Source of the DNA: Candidatus Poribacteria bacterium
Lineage (GTDB): Bacteria > Poribacteria > WGA-4E > WGA-3G
Assembly (NCBI GenBank): GCA_965197475.1
Contig: CBDANF010000003.1
Span: forward strand, 1,728,001-1,792,000
Length of the DNA: 64,000 nucleotides
Direction of reading: 5' to 3'
The notes beneath the pieces are model-generated. The model saw only the letters and a program-made list of their open reading frames with translations. It did no database searches and was not told the origin of the DNA. A program made the translations under genes and the position numbers. Of this stretch, positions 1-10,200 are shown in pieces. Numbering within the stretch: position 1 is the stretch's first letter; each line of letters begins with the position of its first letter.

Positions 1-887
1 CAAGTCGGAGAGAAATTCTAAAAGTGCTGAGAGGTGTATTCTCCTTTAAATCAAAAGATCCCTTATATCAACTTGCTGTCTTTGGATTGATGTTTGGATT
101 AGCATTTATATTAATATTCTGGTATTTCGCGGGATTATCGCCGTGGGTTGCGCTCGGATATTTCGGCATTTATTTGGTGTTGTGCATTGGAATGACGCGC
201 ATGCGTGCAGAACTTGGTCCTCCGACACACGAGTTGCACAGAGTGCATCCAGACCGAATTATGCTGCTATTTTTGGGTAGTCGTCCATTAGGCGCACAGA
301 ACTTGACGAATACAACGCTGCTATCGTGGCTTGCTTATGGGTATCGTTGCCATCCAATGCCGCATCAGTTAGAGGCGTTTAAAATAGGTAAGTACTTCCG
401 TCTCCGTGAAAATCGGTTGGTTATTGCATTGATAGTCGCCTCAATCGTTGGTGCTGTCATTTCTATTGTCGGGCATGTGGCACTCTATTATGAATTCCGG
501 TTTGCACGCTGGGGAGTCGGTGAGTTTAACCGCTTGCAAAACTGGATTACCGCCCCGCGTGCACCGAACCTCTCTGCTATCCAACACATGGGGTTTGGCT
601 TCCTTTTAACCGGTGTGTTGACGGTTCTCAAACGGCAGTTTTTGTGGTGGCCGTTCTATCCTGTGGGATATGCCGTGGGCAATGGTTGGGCAATCGGATG
701 GATGTGGTTCTCAATTTTCTTAGGGTGGCTCTTCAAGAGATTGCTTTTCACAGGGGGCGGTGTGCGTGCTTACCGCAGGGCGTTACCTCTGTTTTTAGGG
801 CTTATCTTCGGCCAATTCCTTGCAGGAAGCCTATGGAGTTTGTTAGGCGTGCTGTTCAACAAAAACATGTACACCCTTTTCCCATAA
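1..887 (+). CDS. DUF6785/DUF6784-type polytopic membrane protein, 5'-truncated by window edge
   Basis: Frame is open from the window start. Hydrophobic helices and a C-terminal F.WWPF.PVGY...GW..K...GG...YRR..P.F.GLI.G pattern are shared with 19718-21685. Confidence 0.75.
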   Translation, partial: SRREILKVLRGVFSFKSKDPLYQLAVFGLMFGLAFILIFWYFAGLSPWVALGYFGIYLVLCIGMTRMRAELGPPTHELHRVHPDRIMLLFLGSRPLGAQNLTNTTLLSWLAYGYRCHPMPHQLEAFKIGKYFRLRENRLVIALIVASIVGAVISIVGHVALYYEFRFARWGVGEFNRLQNWITAPRAPNLSAIQHMGFGFLLTGVLTVLKRQFLWWPFYPVGYAVGNGWAIGWMWFSIFLGWLFKRLLFTGGGVRAYRRALPLFLGLIFGQFLAGSLWSLLGVLFNKNMYTLFP

Positions 888-891
888 GAGC

Positions 892-1236
892 TTAAAAGTC
901 TTCCAACGCCTCAGCTTCGGAGGCATATACGCCAATACTTTGCGTTAACCCAATGGTATTAAAAATAGTTCGCACCTGCATAGCTGGATGTGCAATTCGC
1001 AACGATTGTCCTTTATCCCGTGTTTTCCAAAGCAATTTGATGATCGTGCCAAACCCGCTACTCGTGATGAAACTTTGTCGATCAAAGTTGAGCAGCAATT
1101 TCGTTGCTTCCTGAACTCCGTTGTCAGCATAAGCATCATTAACAGCATCCTCAGATTCATTAGTTAAGTACCCTGTAATGTCAAATATTGCCACGTCGCC
1201 TTCGTGTCGGATAGAAATTTGCGGTTGTGCTCTCAC
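892..1236 (-). CDS. STAS-domain anti-sigma factor antagonist
   Basis: 114 aa; LLLNF...FITSSGFG..I phosphorylation-site motif; ends in SEAEAL. RBS GAGGAGG upstream. Confidence 0.85.
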   Translation of the reverse strand: MRAQPQISIRHEGDVAIFDITGYLTNESEDAVNDAYADNGVQEATKLLLNFDRQSFITSSGFGTIIKLLWKTRDKGQSLRIAHPAMQVRTIFNTIGLTQSIGVYASEAEALEDF

Positions 1237-1299
1237 ATTTTCCTCCTCAAGATTAAATCCTTAAATCATTAGTATCCTGAATTCGTTATAAAAGTATCG

Positions 1300-2244
1300 T
1301 CAATCTTCAGTGAAAGTGCGTTGGGGCGGCGTGTGTTTTGGTTGCTCACGCACTATAGTCTTGTCGTCAAGATGAAGCCAAGTTTCAAATTGACGCGTCC
1401 CTTCTCTTAATTCAATCACTCGTGTCCCGCGCGGAAAACCATCTTTGCCATAGGTGTTGTAACCCGTTGCTCTACCGTAGCAGAGGCGAATCCCGTGCAA
1501 ATCGCCCCAGAAATCGTTAATATGATCATGCCCAACGAAGGTCCCTATAACATCCCCAGCTTCGTGCAGAGCAGCAAAAAAACCGGTATTGATTCGAGGC
1601 GCGCAAATATCCTCATATTTTACACCGTAGCAGGTGTGAAAATCCCATACTTCGTGATATTCAGGAATTGGGATGTGGAAAAACGCGAGCGCGGGTAGTG
1701 GATATCCTGCCGATGCAGTATAATTTGCAGATTCACTGAGAAACCACTCTATTTGGGCTCGCTTGATCCAGTCGTAGCCACCAATTTCTGTTTGGGCATA
1801 ACTACCAGAATCAATAAAATAGAGCAGTGCGGCAGAACCAATTTTTTCTGAACTTTGAACTGTTAAAACATAATTTCCAACCCCCGGAATCTCTGCCGGT
1901 CCCGGTTCCGCAAGCGACAAATCACTTTCCTGCATGACTGCCATCAATTCGTGGCGATTTGCTGTGCCTTCATCATCATGATTGCCGAAAACTGCTGTCC
2001 AAGGTGTGCCACACCGTTCCAAAATCTGGACAATCTGTTGAAGTGATTTAACAGCATCATGACACCCCGCCCCCGCCAAGATATCGCCAGTCAACACGAT
2101 TAAATCGGGTGATTCTGATCGTGCTATACTTTCCATCAAAGCCGCAGATTTCTGGTCAGCAGGTTCACCGTTGTGCCAATGGATATCGGTGAACTGGACA
2201 ATCTTAAAACAACCGTCCTCGCGAAATCTTAATTCAATTTTCAT
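1300..2244 (-). CDS. Calcineurin-like metallophosphoesterase (Dcr2/PAP-like)
   Basis: FKIVQFTDIH, LTGD, FGNHD, FFHIP and GHDHIND motifs. Confidence 0.9.
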   Translation of the reverse strand: MKIELRFREDGCFKIVQFTDIHWHNGEPADQKSAALMESIARSESPDLIVLTGDILAGAGCHDAVKSLQQIVQILERCGTPWTAVFGNHDDEGTANRHELMAVMQESDLSLAEPGPAEIPGVGNYVLTVQSSEKIGSAALLYFIDSGSYAQTEIGGYDWIKRAQIEWFLSESANYTASAGYPLPALAFFHIPIPEYHEVWDFHTCYGVKYEDICAPRINTGFFAALHEAGDVIGTFVGHDHINDFWGDLHGIRLCYGRATGYNTYGKDGFPRGTRVIELREGTRQFETWLHLDDKTIVREQPKHTPPQRTFTED

Positions 2245-3099
2245 TTTCTATAATTTTCCTCCCGCGTAACTATAAACATAATTCCGAAAAAATGCAAGCA
2301 AATTCTACGATATCTTATTATTCATAAATATGTAATACTCGACTCAAATTGTGATTCGGAATATGCCGTTACAATTTGGGGTCACCTCTATAGAGACACC
2401 ACACCTAAAAAGGATAGTAAAACGTATCATAATTTTTTTTTGATTGCGCAGTATGAGAGACTGTACTTCCGCACTTCTTGTAGGAAGGTTTTGTAAGCCA
2501 GATGCTGCCGCTTCACCACTTAATCAGATAATAAATTGGTCTTTTTCTGAAAAAATTAGCGTAATTTACAACTAACACAATCGATTTATACAATTCGGTT
2601 TAAGGAAAATGAGAATGTGATATATTGTCCTAAAATTTGGTAACAGATACAAAAAAGAAGCGTTAATCTTAAACCAAAACAACGTGTTTTTCATAATCGT
2701 TGTAATTGTGCAATGCGATTAAGTTTGAATACCGACCCAAGTTTGCAGTAACGTGAGATCTGTCGGTATTTAGCAAAAAATGCGTTTTAGGAATGCAATA
2801 TACACATATTTTGCATGATTGCATTTCTGTAGATTAGCTAAAACCAGTAACAGTAAGAGTTTTCTGATTGGAACTTGAATTGTTATGTCTTGCGTAAGCC
2901 GGAGATCCTCAACGTGACAACTGTTTTAGACATATCAGGTTTTGTTAGCACTTGAGGAAAGACTGACTTATAGGTTTTGACATCCACACAGGATAAAGCC
3001 AATATGAAGGAAGTAAAACGCACACTTTATATTGTGCATCCCACAAGGGAAATCTTAGGTTCCAAAAAGCAGGAAACTTACCATATCAGGTGATTAATT

Positions 3100-3453
3100 A
3101 TGCAAAAAGCACTTCTCATAATCTGTGTCTATTTCATTGTGTTTGTGTTTCTGGGAATCTTATGGTATTACCCAGTGATGCCATTTCTCTTTTATAACAC
3201 ACTTGCAGATTCTGTAATGAAGGAACGGATGGAAGGGGATTTGATTGAATTCTATGGGATTGTTCACGAAACCCACCAGCTTGCAAGTAAAGGGGTAGCT
3301 GTCACAGCCCGAGAAAAAGTTGTTTTGGTTCTCACTCCTCTGGGTGATTACGGATTAGTGATATGGCCTATAGTTGGTCTTCTCTGGGGCTTGTGGCGTG
3401 GGATGTCTCATCTGCTTCGATCACGAAAATTGAATCCTGTCTCTCACTCATAA
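3100..3453 (+). CDS. Hypothetical membrane protein (2 TM)
   Basis: RBS AGGTG upstream, two hydrophobic segments, followed by a terminator. Confidence 0.6.
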   Translation: MQKALLIICVYFIVFVFLGILWYYPVMPFLFYNTLADSVMKERMEGDLIEFYGIVHETHQLASKGVAVTAREKVVLVLTPLGDYGLVIWPIVGLLWGLWRGMSHLLRSRKLNPVSHS

Positions 3454-3473
3454 TAAATTGGCTTAGAAACCAT

Positions 3474-3513
3474 AAACAGGCGGGAACCTTATTACCCGCC
3501 TGTTTTTATTTTT
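3474..3513 (+). terminator. Rho-independent terminator
   Basis: AAACAGGCGGG/CCCGCCTGTTT stem followed by a T tract, 20 nt after the stop at 3453. Confidence 0.75.
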
Positions 3514-3653
3514 ACTGCCATCCCAAGTCTTTTTGCTTGCCTTCCCTTACAGGCAATGGTATAATTAAAAAAGTTTGCGATAATTAGATCCATTTTGAAG
3601 AGCTAACAGACTATAACTAAACCTAACCACCGGGGTGAAAGAATCTAACTATT

Positions 3654-4601
3654 ATGATCAATTTTGATTATCTTGCTAAAGGGCTCTACGCAATGGCGCG
3701 TGCTCACCATGTTAACACTATGGCGGGACACCTTGGTGCTGCTATCGTTGCGGGATGTCTTATTACAGAAAATCATCCGAACCTTGACGAAAAGGTCTAC
3801 GCGGGAATCAAGGCGGAATTGGATCGTATCGTCTACGGTGAATCGGTTTTTAGTCCGGGAGAAAACGCTGCTATTTCAGTAAATGAGATGTTTACTCCAC
3901 TACCTAAGACACCGTCGAAAGAGAACTTGATTGATGGTATTGCCCAAGCACTGACACATAACATCAATCAGACTCGGCAATCCGGGCACAATGTTATTTT
4001 CGCCGCAATTGCGATCCGCGCACTTAAACGTCATCCTGAGTTTGCCACCCCTGCTATTACTGATGGCATCCGAAAACTGATTGCGGGATTCAACGATGTA
4101 ACACCTGGTACCGCCTATTACGGAAAGGAGAAAGGGCGCATTGATGGGCGTAAAGTCATGTTGCCTGAGGAGGGTACTTTCCCACCCTACAGTGATTTAC
4201 AGACAATGGCAACAGTCGTGCTGGATACATTGATTCAGCATGCTTCGGAACGTCGGCAAGGATACGGTGGACTCTGGCATGTCATCAATCATGCTGCAGC
4301 ACTCTCTGAGTTAGCAGAATACGGCTATCAAGAACTTGCCATTATAGGTTTGGCAGCACATCACCAACACATGCAGTTATGGAAAACATTGCCAAATGTA
4401 ACGGATGAACTTGGCGCGGAAACACCAACAAAGGACGATCCGCGTCAACCAGTTTACTGGCAGTCTAACGATCTCCGCCGTGATCGAGCCCGACTTACAC
4501 ATCGCATCAAGACGTTTTATGGGTTTGACACCTTGGTCGAATTGGTCGAGGACAAAGCAAAACGCGAACAAGGCTATGATAGATTACGATACCTGATGTA
4601 G
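3654..4601 (+). CDS. Hypothetical His-rich helical protein
   Basis: 315 aa ORF at the head of the pyrK-bioB run; motifs MAGHLGA, SGHNVIF, LWHVINH. Family not recognised. Confidence 0.7.
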   Translation: MINFDYLAKGLYAMARAHHVNTMAGHLGAAIVAGCLITENHPNLDEKVYAGIKAELDRIVYGESVFSPGENAAISVNEMFTPLPKTPSKENLIDGIAQALTHNINQTRQSGHNVIFAAIAIRALKRHPEFATPAITDGIRKLIAGFNDVTPGTAYYGKEKGRIDGRKVMLPEEGTFPPYSDLQTMATVVLDTLIQHASERRQGYGGLWHVINHAAALSELAEYGYQELAIIGLAAHHQHMQLWKTLPNVTDELGAETPTKDDPRQPVYWQSNDLRRDRARLTHRIKTFYGFDTLVELVEDKAKREQGYDRLRYLM

Positions 4602-4615
4602 CAGATGTAGCATCC

Positions 4616-5431
4616 ATGCAGAATAAGGATCCTATTAACAAATTTGACATTCACACCACTATCCTCTCAAACGAGAAAGTAGCGGAGGATCATTATCTGT
4701 TGCGTTGTGAGTGTTCTGAGATTGCACAGCATGCACAGCCAGGGCAATTTATTCATGTCCTGATTTCGAACGGGACAGGACTTTTACTCCGCCGACCGTT
4801 TACAATCTATACGGTTGATGATAGAGAAATAACTATGCTCTATCAGATCATCGGTGAGGGAACACAGCGATTGTCAGAGATGCAGAAAGGGGCATCGCTG
4901 CATGTAATGGGACCACTCGGAAATACGTTTGAGATCGCCGACAATCCTGAACCAGCAATCTTAGTTGGTGGAGGTGCAGGTATCGCGTCTTTGATGCTGC
5001 TTGCTGTTGCGTTGCGCGCACAAGGTATACAGACGATCGGATTGGTTGGCGCACAACATCAGGGGCGACTGTTGAGCGTTAATGATTTGAAAGCAATAGG
5101 CGTTGCGGTACATATTGCCACCGATGACGGAAGTGTGGGACATCACGGTTTTGTTACCGACATTCTGACAGACATGCTCCGAAAAAATGACTTACAACGT
5201 CCAACAATCTACGCCTGTGGACCACACGGAATGCTTGCTGCTGTCTCGAAGATTACAACAGAATTTGAAGTCCCGACTCAAGTTGCTATGGAGAATCGGA
5301 TGGGATGTGCATTGGGTGTGTGTCTTGGATGTGTTTGTCCCGTTCGTATTGATGCAAATCGGATTGAATACCAACGTGTCTGCACCGAAGGCCCCGTCTT
5401 TAATGCAACAGATATTGCATGGGAAATTTAG
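4616..5431 (+). CDS. pyrK: Dihydroorotate dehydrogenase electron transfer subunit
   Basis: PGQF, LRRPF, GPLGN, VGGGAG, YACGP and the MGCALGVCLGC...RVCTEGPVF 2Fe-2S motif. Confidence 0.92.
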   Translation: MQNKDPINKFDIHTTILSNEKVAEDHYLLRCECSEIAQHAQPGQFIHVLISNGTGLLLRRPFTIYTVDDREITMLYQIIGEGTQRLSEMQKGASLHVMGPLGNTFEIADNPEPAILVGGGAGIASLMLLAVALRAQGIQTIGLVGAQHQGRLLSVNDLKAIGVAVHIATDDGSVGHHGFVTDILTDMLRKNDLQRPTIYACGPHGMLAAVSKITTEFEVPTQVAMENRMGCALGVCLGCVCPVRIDANRIEYQRVCTEGPVFNATDIAWEI

Positions 5432-5454
5432 CAAATAAAGTTAAAACAGACAAA

Positions 5455-6561
5455 ATGAATCCTACATTTTATAGCGAATTAACATCAACAAGTCTTGACG
5501 GTGAACTGATTTCAGATGCTTGTTGTGAAAAGATATTATCCGCCTCAGAAGTAGAATTGCTTCCACTATTGGATGCTGCATATCAAGTTCGCAAAACATA
5601 TTTTCAGAACAGAGTCCAACTGCATATCCTCAATAACGCGCAGAACGGCAATTGCCCAGAGGATTGCCATTACTGCGTGCAAGCAAAAACTGCAACGACA
5701 GATATTGATACCTATTCTTTGAAACCGATGTCTGAAGTTCTCGCTGAGGCAGAACGTGCATATCAATCTGGCGCGTATCGCTACTGCATAGTAATGAGTG
5801 GACGGGGACCAAGTCCTAAACGTGTCTCACAACTGGCGGAATTAATCCAATCAGTAAAAGCACGATACCCGATTGAGGTGTGTCTATCTGTCGGATTGAT
5901 TGATGAACCTGCTGCGCGCACTTTGAAAGACGCAGGACTCGACAGATTGAACCACAATCTCAATACCTCGGAATCCCATTATCCAAAAATATGTAGCACA
6001 CATACATATCAGGATAGAATGGATACATTACATGCTGCACAAGCGGTTGGACTTGCCTGCTGCTCAGGTGTGATTGTTGGGATGGGTGAAGAAAACGAGG
6101 ATTTAATCAGAGTTGCTAAGGAACTGCGTAGATTGGAGGTAGCCTCAATTCCTGTCAACTTTTTCCTGCCGATAGATGGCACGCAATTGTCGGAATTTGT
6201 TATGGAAACTCCGCTGGATGTGACTACTATTTTGACACCAGACTACTGCCTGCGTGTGTTATGTTTGTTCCGATTACTAAACCCACAGGCAGAGATCCGA
6301 GTAGCTGCAGGCAGAGAACACCATCTACGGAGCATGGAGGTCATGGCACTCTATCCTGCGAATTCGATGTTCTTAGAGGGTTACCTTAACGCAACAGGGA
6401 AAGAAGCATCACGTACACTACAGATGCTACAAGATGCGGGTTTTACTGTTGAAACAAATGGGGAAATCTCGGATTATTTGCAGCAATCACCGACTGAGCA
6501 GGAAGGTGTGCTTCTCAAAGAGTTGCAAGTGCTTCGTCCGCGAATGGAATCCAACACATAA
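5455..6561 (+). CDS. bioB: Biotin synthase (radical SAM)
   Basis: CPEDCHYC, NHNLNTS, CSGVIVGMGE, SIPVNF and IRVAAGRE motifs. Start could alternatively be 5419. Confidence 0.93.
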   Translation: MNPTFYSELTSTSLDGELISDACCEKILSASEVELLPLLDAAYQVRKTYFQNRVQLHILNNAQNGNCPEDCHYCVQAKTATTDIDTYSLKPMSEVLAEAERAYQSGAYRYCIVMSGRGPSPKRVSQLAELIQSVKARYPIEVCLSVGLIDEPAARTLKDAGLDRLNHNLNTSESHYPKICSTHTYQDRMDTLHAAQAVGLACCSGVIVGMGEENEDLIRVAKELRRLEVASIPVNFFLPIDGTQLSEFVMETPLDVTTILTPDYCLRVLCLFRLLNPQAEIRVAAGREHHLRSMEVMALYPANSMFLEGYLNATGKEASRTLQMLQDAGFTVETNGEISDYLQQSPTEQEGVLLKELQVLRPRMESNT

Positions 6562-6591
6562 TGTTAGCGGTAGATATTGTTGGTACAACAC

Positions 6592-7563
6592 CTAATAGCA
6601 GTCGCAGCTTTCTTCCTTAAGATCCAAAGATAGTTGAAGGGTTTGGGGTGCCGTCGCAACGACTCCTCCATTAGTTTTGATTTTTTCAAAGTCAATATGT
6701 CGCATGTCTTCTGGAATAACAAAGGACGACTTTAACACTTCCCAGTCTTTGTCAACAATCGTGATGATTTCTTCGCGATAAAAACTTACCCATACGTCCC
6801 CAATTTTAGAGTTTGGTGATTCTTGCGCTAACTTCCGTTGTGTGATTTCTACATATTGGGGATCAATGTCTATCCCTATAACGTGTCTTCCTAATCTTGC
6901 AGCAGCGACAGCTGTTGTGCCAGTCCCCATAAACGGGTCAAGGATCACGTCGCCTTCGTCTGTGCTCATCAAAAGCAGACGTTCTAAAAGATGTACTGGG
7001 AGTTGACAGGGGTGCGGGTCTCTATGTTTATTATGGCGAATACGGTGTATATCCGACCAGACATCAGGGACAAGAGGTCCAAAAGGATGTAATATTTTTT
7101 TCTTTCCACCGTAGTCTTTTAACAAGTATCCACATTTCCGACATCGCTTATGTGGATAACGAATTTCATAGAATTTGTTTTCACGTTGATTCTTTGCATA
7201 AAACAAAATGCCATAGTGTGAAGGCTGCAAGGTTTTACCCATAGGTGCTGTTGGTGCGTCCCATGCAATCCAGTGGCGAAAATCTGCAACTTCGTTGAGG
7301 AAACCCGAATAGTAGGTTAGCCACTTAGGGATATTGTGCAAGAAGATGGATCCGCTTGGTTTTGTTATTCTCACCATTTCAAGGATCCATTGTTTACACC
7401 AATTGAGATAATCGTCTGTCCCTTTCTCGTCTTTGTAAGTACCGTACTTCTTTTTGAGGTTAAAAGGTGGGTCGGCAAATGTCACATCAATACTGCCTGA
7501 AGGAATTTGTTGCATAATCTCTATACAATCGCCGTGAATGATTTGATTGATAAAATTTTCCAT
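6592..7563 (-). CDS. Site-specific DNA methyltransferase (N4-C/N6-A, beta class)
   Basis: Catalytic DPPF motif precedes the HPCQLP and ILDPFMGTGTT SAM-binding motif. Confidence 0.9.
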   Translation of the reverse strand: MENFINQIIHGDCIEIMQQIPSGSIDVTFADPPFNLKKKYGTYKDEKGTDDYLNWCKQWILEMVRITKPSGSIFLHNIPKWLTYYSGFLNEVADFRHWIAWDAPTAPMGKTLQPSHYGILFYAKNQRENKFYEIRYPHKRCRKCGYLLKDYGGKKKILHPFGPLVPDVWSDIHRIRHNKHRDPHPCQLPVHLLERLLLMSTDEGDVILDPFMGTGTTAVAAARLGRHVIGIDIDPQYVEITQRKLAQESPNSKIGDVWVSFYREEIITIVDKDWEVLKSSFVIPEDMRHIDFEKIKTNGGVVATAPQTLQLSLDLKEESCDCY

Positions 7564-7688
7564 GTTGATATTGCTCGACGTGCTTGAAACACTTCAAAGT
7601 TTATCGAAAATTTAGTAGAATTATATGTAGCAATCCGATAGCGCAAAGACTCCGATCAGAGGATCAGGACTGAAATCCCTAAAAACAG

Positions 7689-7907
7689 TTATGCACCCGC
7701 CGTTTCAATCTTGCAAGGGATCTTACTAAGAATCAGTTTCTCCATTTCAACTTTGCTGCTGGCATTATCAATGTCAATACCAACAAGCCTGCCATCTGCA
7801 TCATAATCAATAAGGATACCTTCTGAGATTTCTAAACTCTCTACGCTGGGTTGTTCGGACAAAGTGATATACAGTGAGTCGGTTTCTGGATAGTAGTTGA
7901 GTTTCAT
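7689..7907 (-). CDS. DUF2283 domain protein
   Basis: MKLNYYPETDSLYI...EISEGILIDYDADGRLVGIDI pattern. Confidence 0.85.
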   Translation of the reverse strand: MKLNYYPETDSLYITLSEQPSVESLEISEGILIDYDADGRLVGIDIDNASSKVEMEKLILSKIPCKIETAGA

Positions 7908-7925
7908 GGCTTCAATTTCCAATCA

Positions 7926-9215
7926 TCATCCAATCTGCTTCAAACCGCCCATATACGGTTGCAGCACCGCAGGCACACGCACTGTGCCATCCGGATTCTG
8001 ATATGTTTCAAGAAGCGCAATAACAACGCGCGGCAGTGCCGTGCCAGACGCATTGAGTGTGTGAATAAACTCTGGCTTTGCACCAACTTCTGGACGGTAT
8101 CTGATATTTGCGCGGCGTGCTTGGAATGCCTCAAAGTTGCTACAAGAAGAAACCTCTAAAAACCTTTCCCCTGCTGGTGCCCAAACTTCAATATCATAGC
8201 ATTTTGCGGCGGCAAAAGAGAGTTCAACCGTGCAGTGCTGCACAACGCGATAAGGCAGACCGAGTGCCTGCAAAACGCTCTCTGCATTTGCCAAAAGCGA
8301 TTCGTGTTCCATGTATGAATTTTCTGGTGTGGTAAACTTTACCATTTCCACCTTGTCAAACTGATGGATACGTTGTAGGCCGCGTGTATCCTTTCCATAC
8401 GCACCCGCCTCTCGACGGAAACAAGGTGTGTAGGCAGTATAATAGATAGGCAACTCTTCAGCGGACAATATCTCACCAGCGAAAAGGTTCGTCACAGGAA
8501 CTTCGGCAGTCGGAATCAGAAACAGATCGCTATCAGGATTTTCTTCATCTCTGTCGCACCGATACATATCCGCCTCTAATTTTGGGATTTGACCTGTTCC
8601 TGTCATTGTGGAACGGTTCGCAAGGAACGGAGGAGAAATTTCGGTGTAGCCGTGTTGGATAGTGTGTAGATCAAGCATGAACTGGATCAAAGCACGTTCC
8701 AATCTTGCTCCCAATCCCTTGAAAACGACAAAGTTGCTACCTGCTACCTTTGCACCTCGCTGAAAATCAACAATATCTAACTCTTCTGTGATCTCCCAAT
8801 GCGGTTTTAGTTCAAAGTCGGAACTCGGCAGCTTACCCCATGTTTTGATTTCAATGTTATCCGCTTCACTTGTGCCGAAAGGTGTACTTGCCTCAGGCAT
8901 GTTCGGAATCGTCAAACAGATGGTGTCTATCTCAGTTTTAAGGTCGTTAGCCTCTGCGTTACGCTCCTTGATTTCCTGGGAGAGTTTCCGCATCTCCGCA
9001 ATAGTTTCTGTTGCGTCCTGCTTTTCCTTTTTCAATTGGGCAATTTGTTGTGAAACCTGATTCTGATGCGCCTGCAGAGTCTGTGTGTGAGTCAAATTCT
9101 CACGCCAGCGCGTATCCGATTCAATCAGTTTGTCTAAATCTGCATCAGTCTGGCGATCTGCTAACATCTTGCGAACGTCATCGGCATTTTCTCTAATAAA
9201 TTTGAGGTCAAGCAC
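7926..9215 (-). CDS. serS: Serine--tRNA ligase
   Basis: MLDLKFIREN, LIPTAEVP, FRREAG, RIHQFDKVEMV, EVSSCSN and HTLNASG motifs. Confidence 0.97.
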   Translation of the reverse strand: MLDLKFIRENADDVRKMLADRQTDADLDKLIESDTRWRENLTHTQTLQAHQNQVSQQIAQLKKEKQDATETIAEMRKLSQEIKERNAEANDLKTEIDTICLTIPNMPEASTPFGTSEADNIEIKTWGKLPSSDFELKPHWEITEELDIVDFQRGAKVAGSNFVVFKGLGARLERALIQFMLDLHTIQHGYTEISPPFLANRSTMTGTGQIPKLEADMYRCDRDEENPDSDLFLIPTAEVPVTNLFAGEILSAEELPIYYTAYTPCFRREAGAYGKDTRGLQRIHQFDKVEMVKFTTPENSYMEHESLLANAESVLQALGLPYRVVQHCTVELSFAAAKCYDIEVWAPAGERFLEVSSCSNFEAFQARRANIRYRPEVGAKPEFIHTLNASGTALPRVVIALLETYQNPDGTVRVPAVLQPYMGGLKQIG

Positions 9216-9346
9216 GGTAATTCTGCTCCTCTATTATAAGGTGTTGTTTGTAGACACATATTCAGAAGTGAGATTCGTAGCGTGGTTGTAACGAAAAAAC
9301 CACAGCATTGCTTGACACAACCTGTGGCTAATTCTTCAATTATAAA

Positions 9347-9422
9347 CGGGCCCGACGGGACTTGAACCCGCGACCTCCTGCGTGACAGGCAGGCGCGCTA
9401 AACCAAACTGCGCCACGAGCCC
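9347..9422 (-). tRNA. tRNA-Asp(GTC)
   Basis: Reverse complement GGGCTCGTGGCGCAGTTTGGTTTAGCGCGCCTGCCTGTCACGCAGGAGGTCGCGGGTTCAAGTCCCGTCGGGCCCG folds as a cloverleaf with anticodon GTC; CCA not encoded. Confidence 0.95.
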
Positions 9423-9441
9423 ATAAGATACCTCTAACAAG

Positions 9442-9515
9442 TAGGCGGGACAGGACTTGAACCTGTGACCTACAGCTTGTAAGGCTGTCGCTCTAGCCAC
9501 CTGAGCTACCCGCCC
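9442..9515 (-). tRNA. tRNA-Val(TAC)
   Basis: Reverse complement GGGCGGGTAGCTCAGGTGGCTAGAGCGACAGCCTTACAAGCTGTAGGTCACAGGTTCAAGTCCTGTCCCGCCTA; anticodon arm ACAGC-CTTACAA-GCTGT. Confidence 0.95.
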
Positions 9516-9554
9516 AAAATGAGATTTTTGTATCTCATCTCAAGGACGCTATTA

Positions 9555-9583
9555 AGTATAACACATGCGCTGTTGTTTGTCAA
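9555..9583 (-). promoter_or_regulatory. Sigma-70 promoter of the tRNA-Val/tRNA-Asp operon
   Basis: TTGACA-17 nt-TATACT on the minus strand, 40 nt upstream of tRNA-Val. Confidence 0.75.
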
Positions 9584-9654
9584 GAAAATTTTATTTTTCT
9601 GAAAATACTTTTCAGAAATCGTTTGATTAATATTCTGCTTCGCTCATTCTATTG

Positions 9655-10068
9655 TCAAAGTTGGTCTTCAATCCATTCATTATCGTGGTCAGGATTATAA
9701 ATTAAGCCTTTTTTGATGTCAACACAAAGATCAAGGAGTTCCAAAATCATGTGCCCCACAAGGACAGGCGTATTCTTTGGTAAGTCTGTTACCCTTATAG
9801 TCTCCTTTCGTTCCAACACCGTAAATTCGACCGTTGAATAAATAATCCGGTCTACAATACCGTTTGCTGTCCTCGCTCGTGTCGTCCCGACAGGCATCAA
9901 ACCAAGTTGTTCAATGAGCGACTTCGGTAACGATAACCGAGTCGCTCCAGTATCAACAAGTGCATTTTCAACAGTGGCGCGCCGAACCTTTTCAGGTTTG
10001 ATAACGCCTGCGTTTGCCAAATTCAGATCTTTTAGATTGGTGAGTTCAATTTTTGTCGTATGTTTCAT
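9655..10068 (-). CDS. Clan AA (retropepsin-like) aspartic protease, AF_0612-like
   Basis: ALVDTGAT catalytic motif and PVLVG...LE.LDL motif. Confidence 0.85.
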   Translation of the reverse strand: MKHTTKIELTNLKDLNLANAGVIKPEKVRRATVENALVDTGATRLSLPKSLIEQLGLMPVGTTRARTANGIVDRIIYSTVEFTVLERKETIRVTDLPKNTPVLVGHMILELLDLCVDIKKGLIYNPDHDNEWIEDQL

Positions 10069-10200
10069 TTCAATGCCTCATAGGATGACAAAACATTTAT
10101 TTTATTGGAGTATGGTGACATAAATTGCGGAATCAGCATCTTCCTTGTCGCTTTGAACGTTTCTGCGGCCCTGAATATCCTGTTTACCATGCTGCTGTTA

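Noticed and set aside
2245-3099. ncRNA in the 850-bp intergenic region
   Set aside because: Only short inverted repeats (e.g. AATACCGAC/GTCGGTATT at 2728-2770) and no recognisable RNA family; not supportable without a covariance search.
9216-9346. T-box riboswitch upstream of serS
   Set aside because: Region is only ~130 nt and I see no T-box consensus or terminator.
9347-9515. tRNA-anchored genomic island
   Set aside because: No integrase, and I found no duplicate of either tRNA 3' end in the window.
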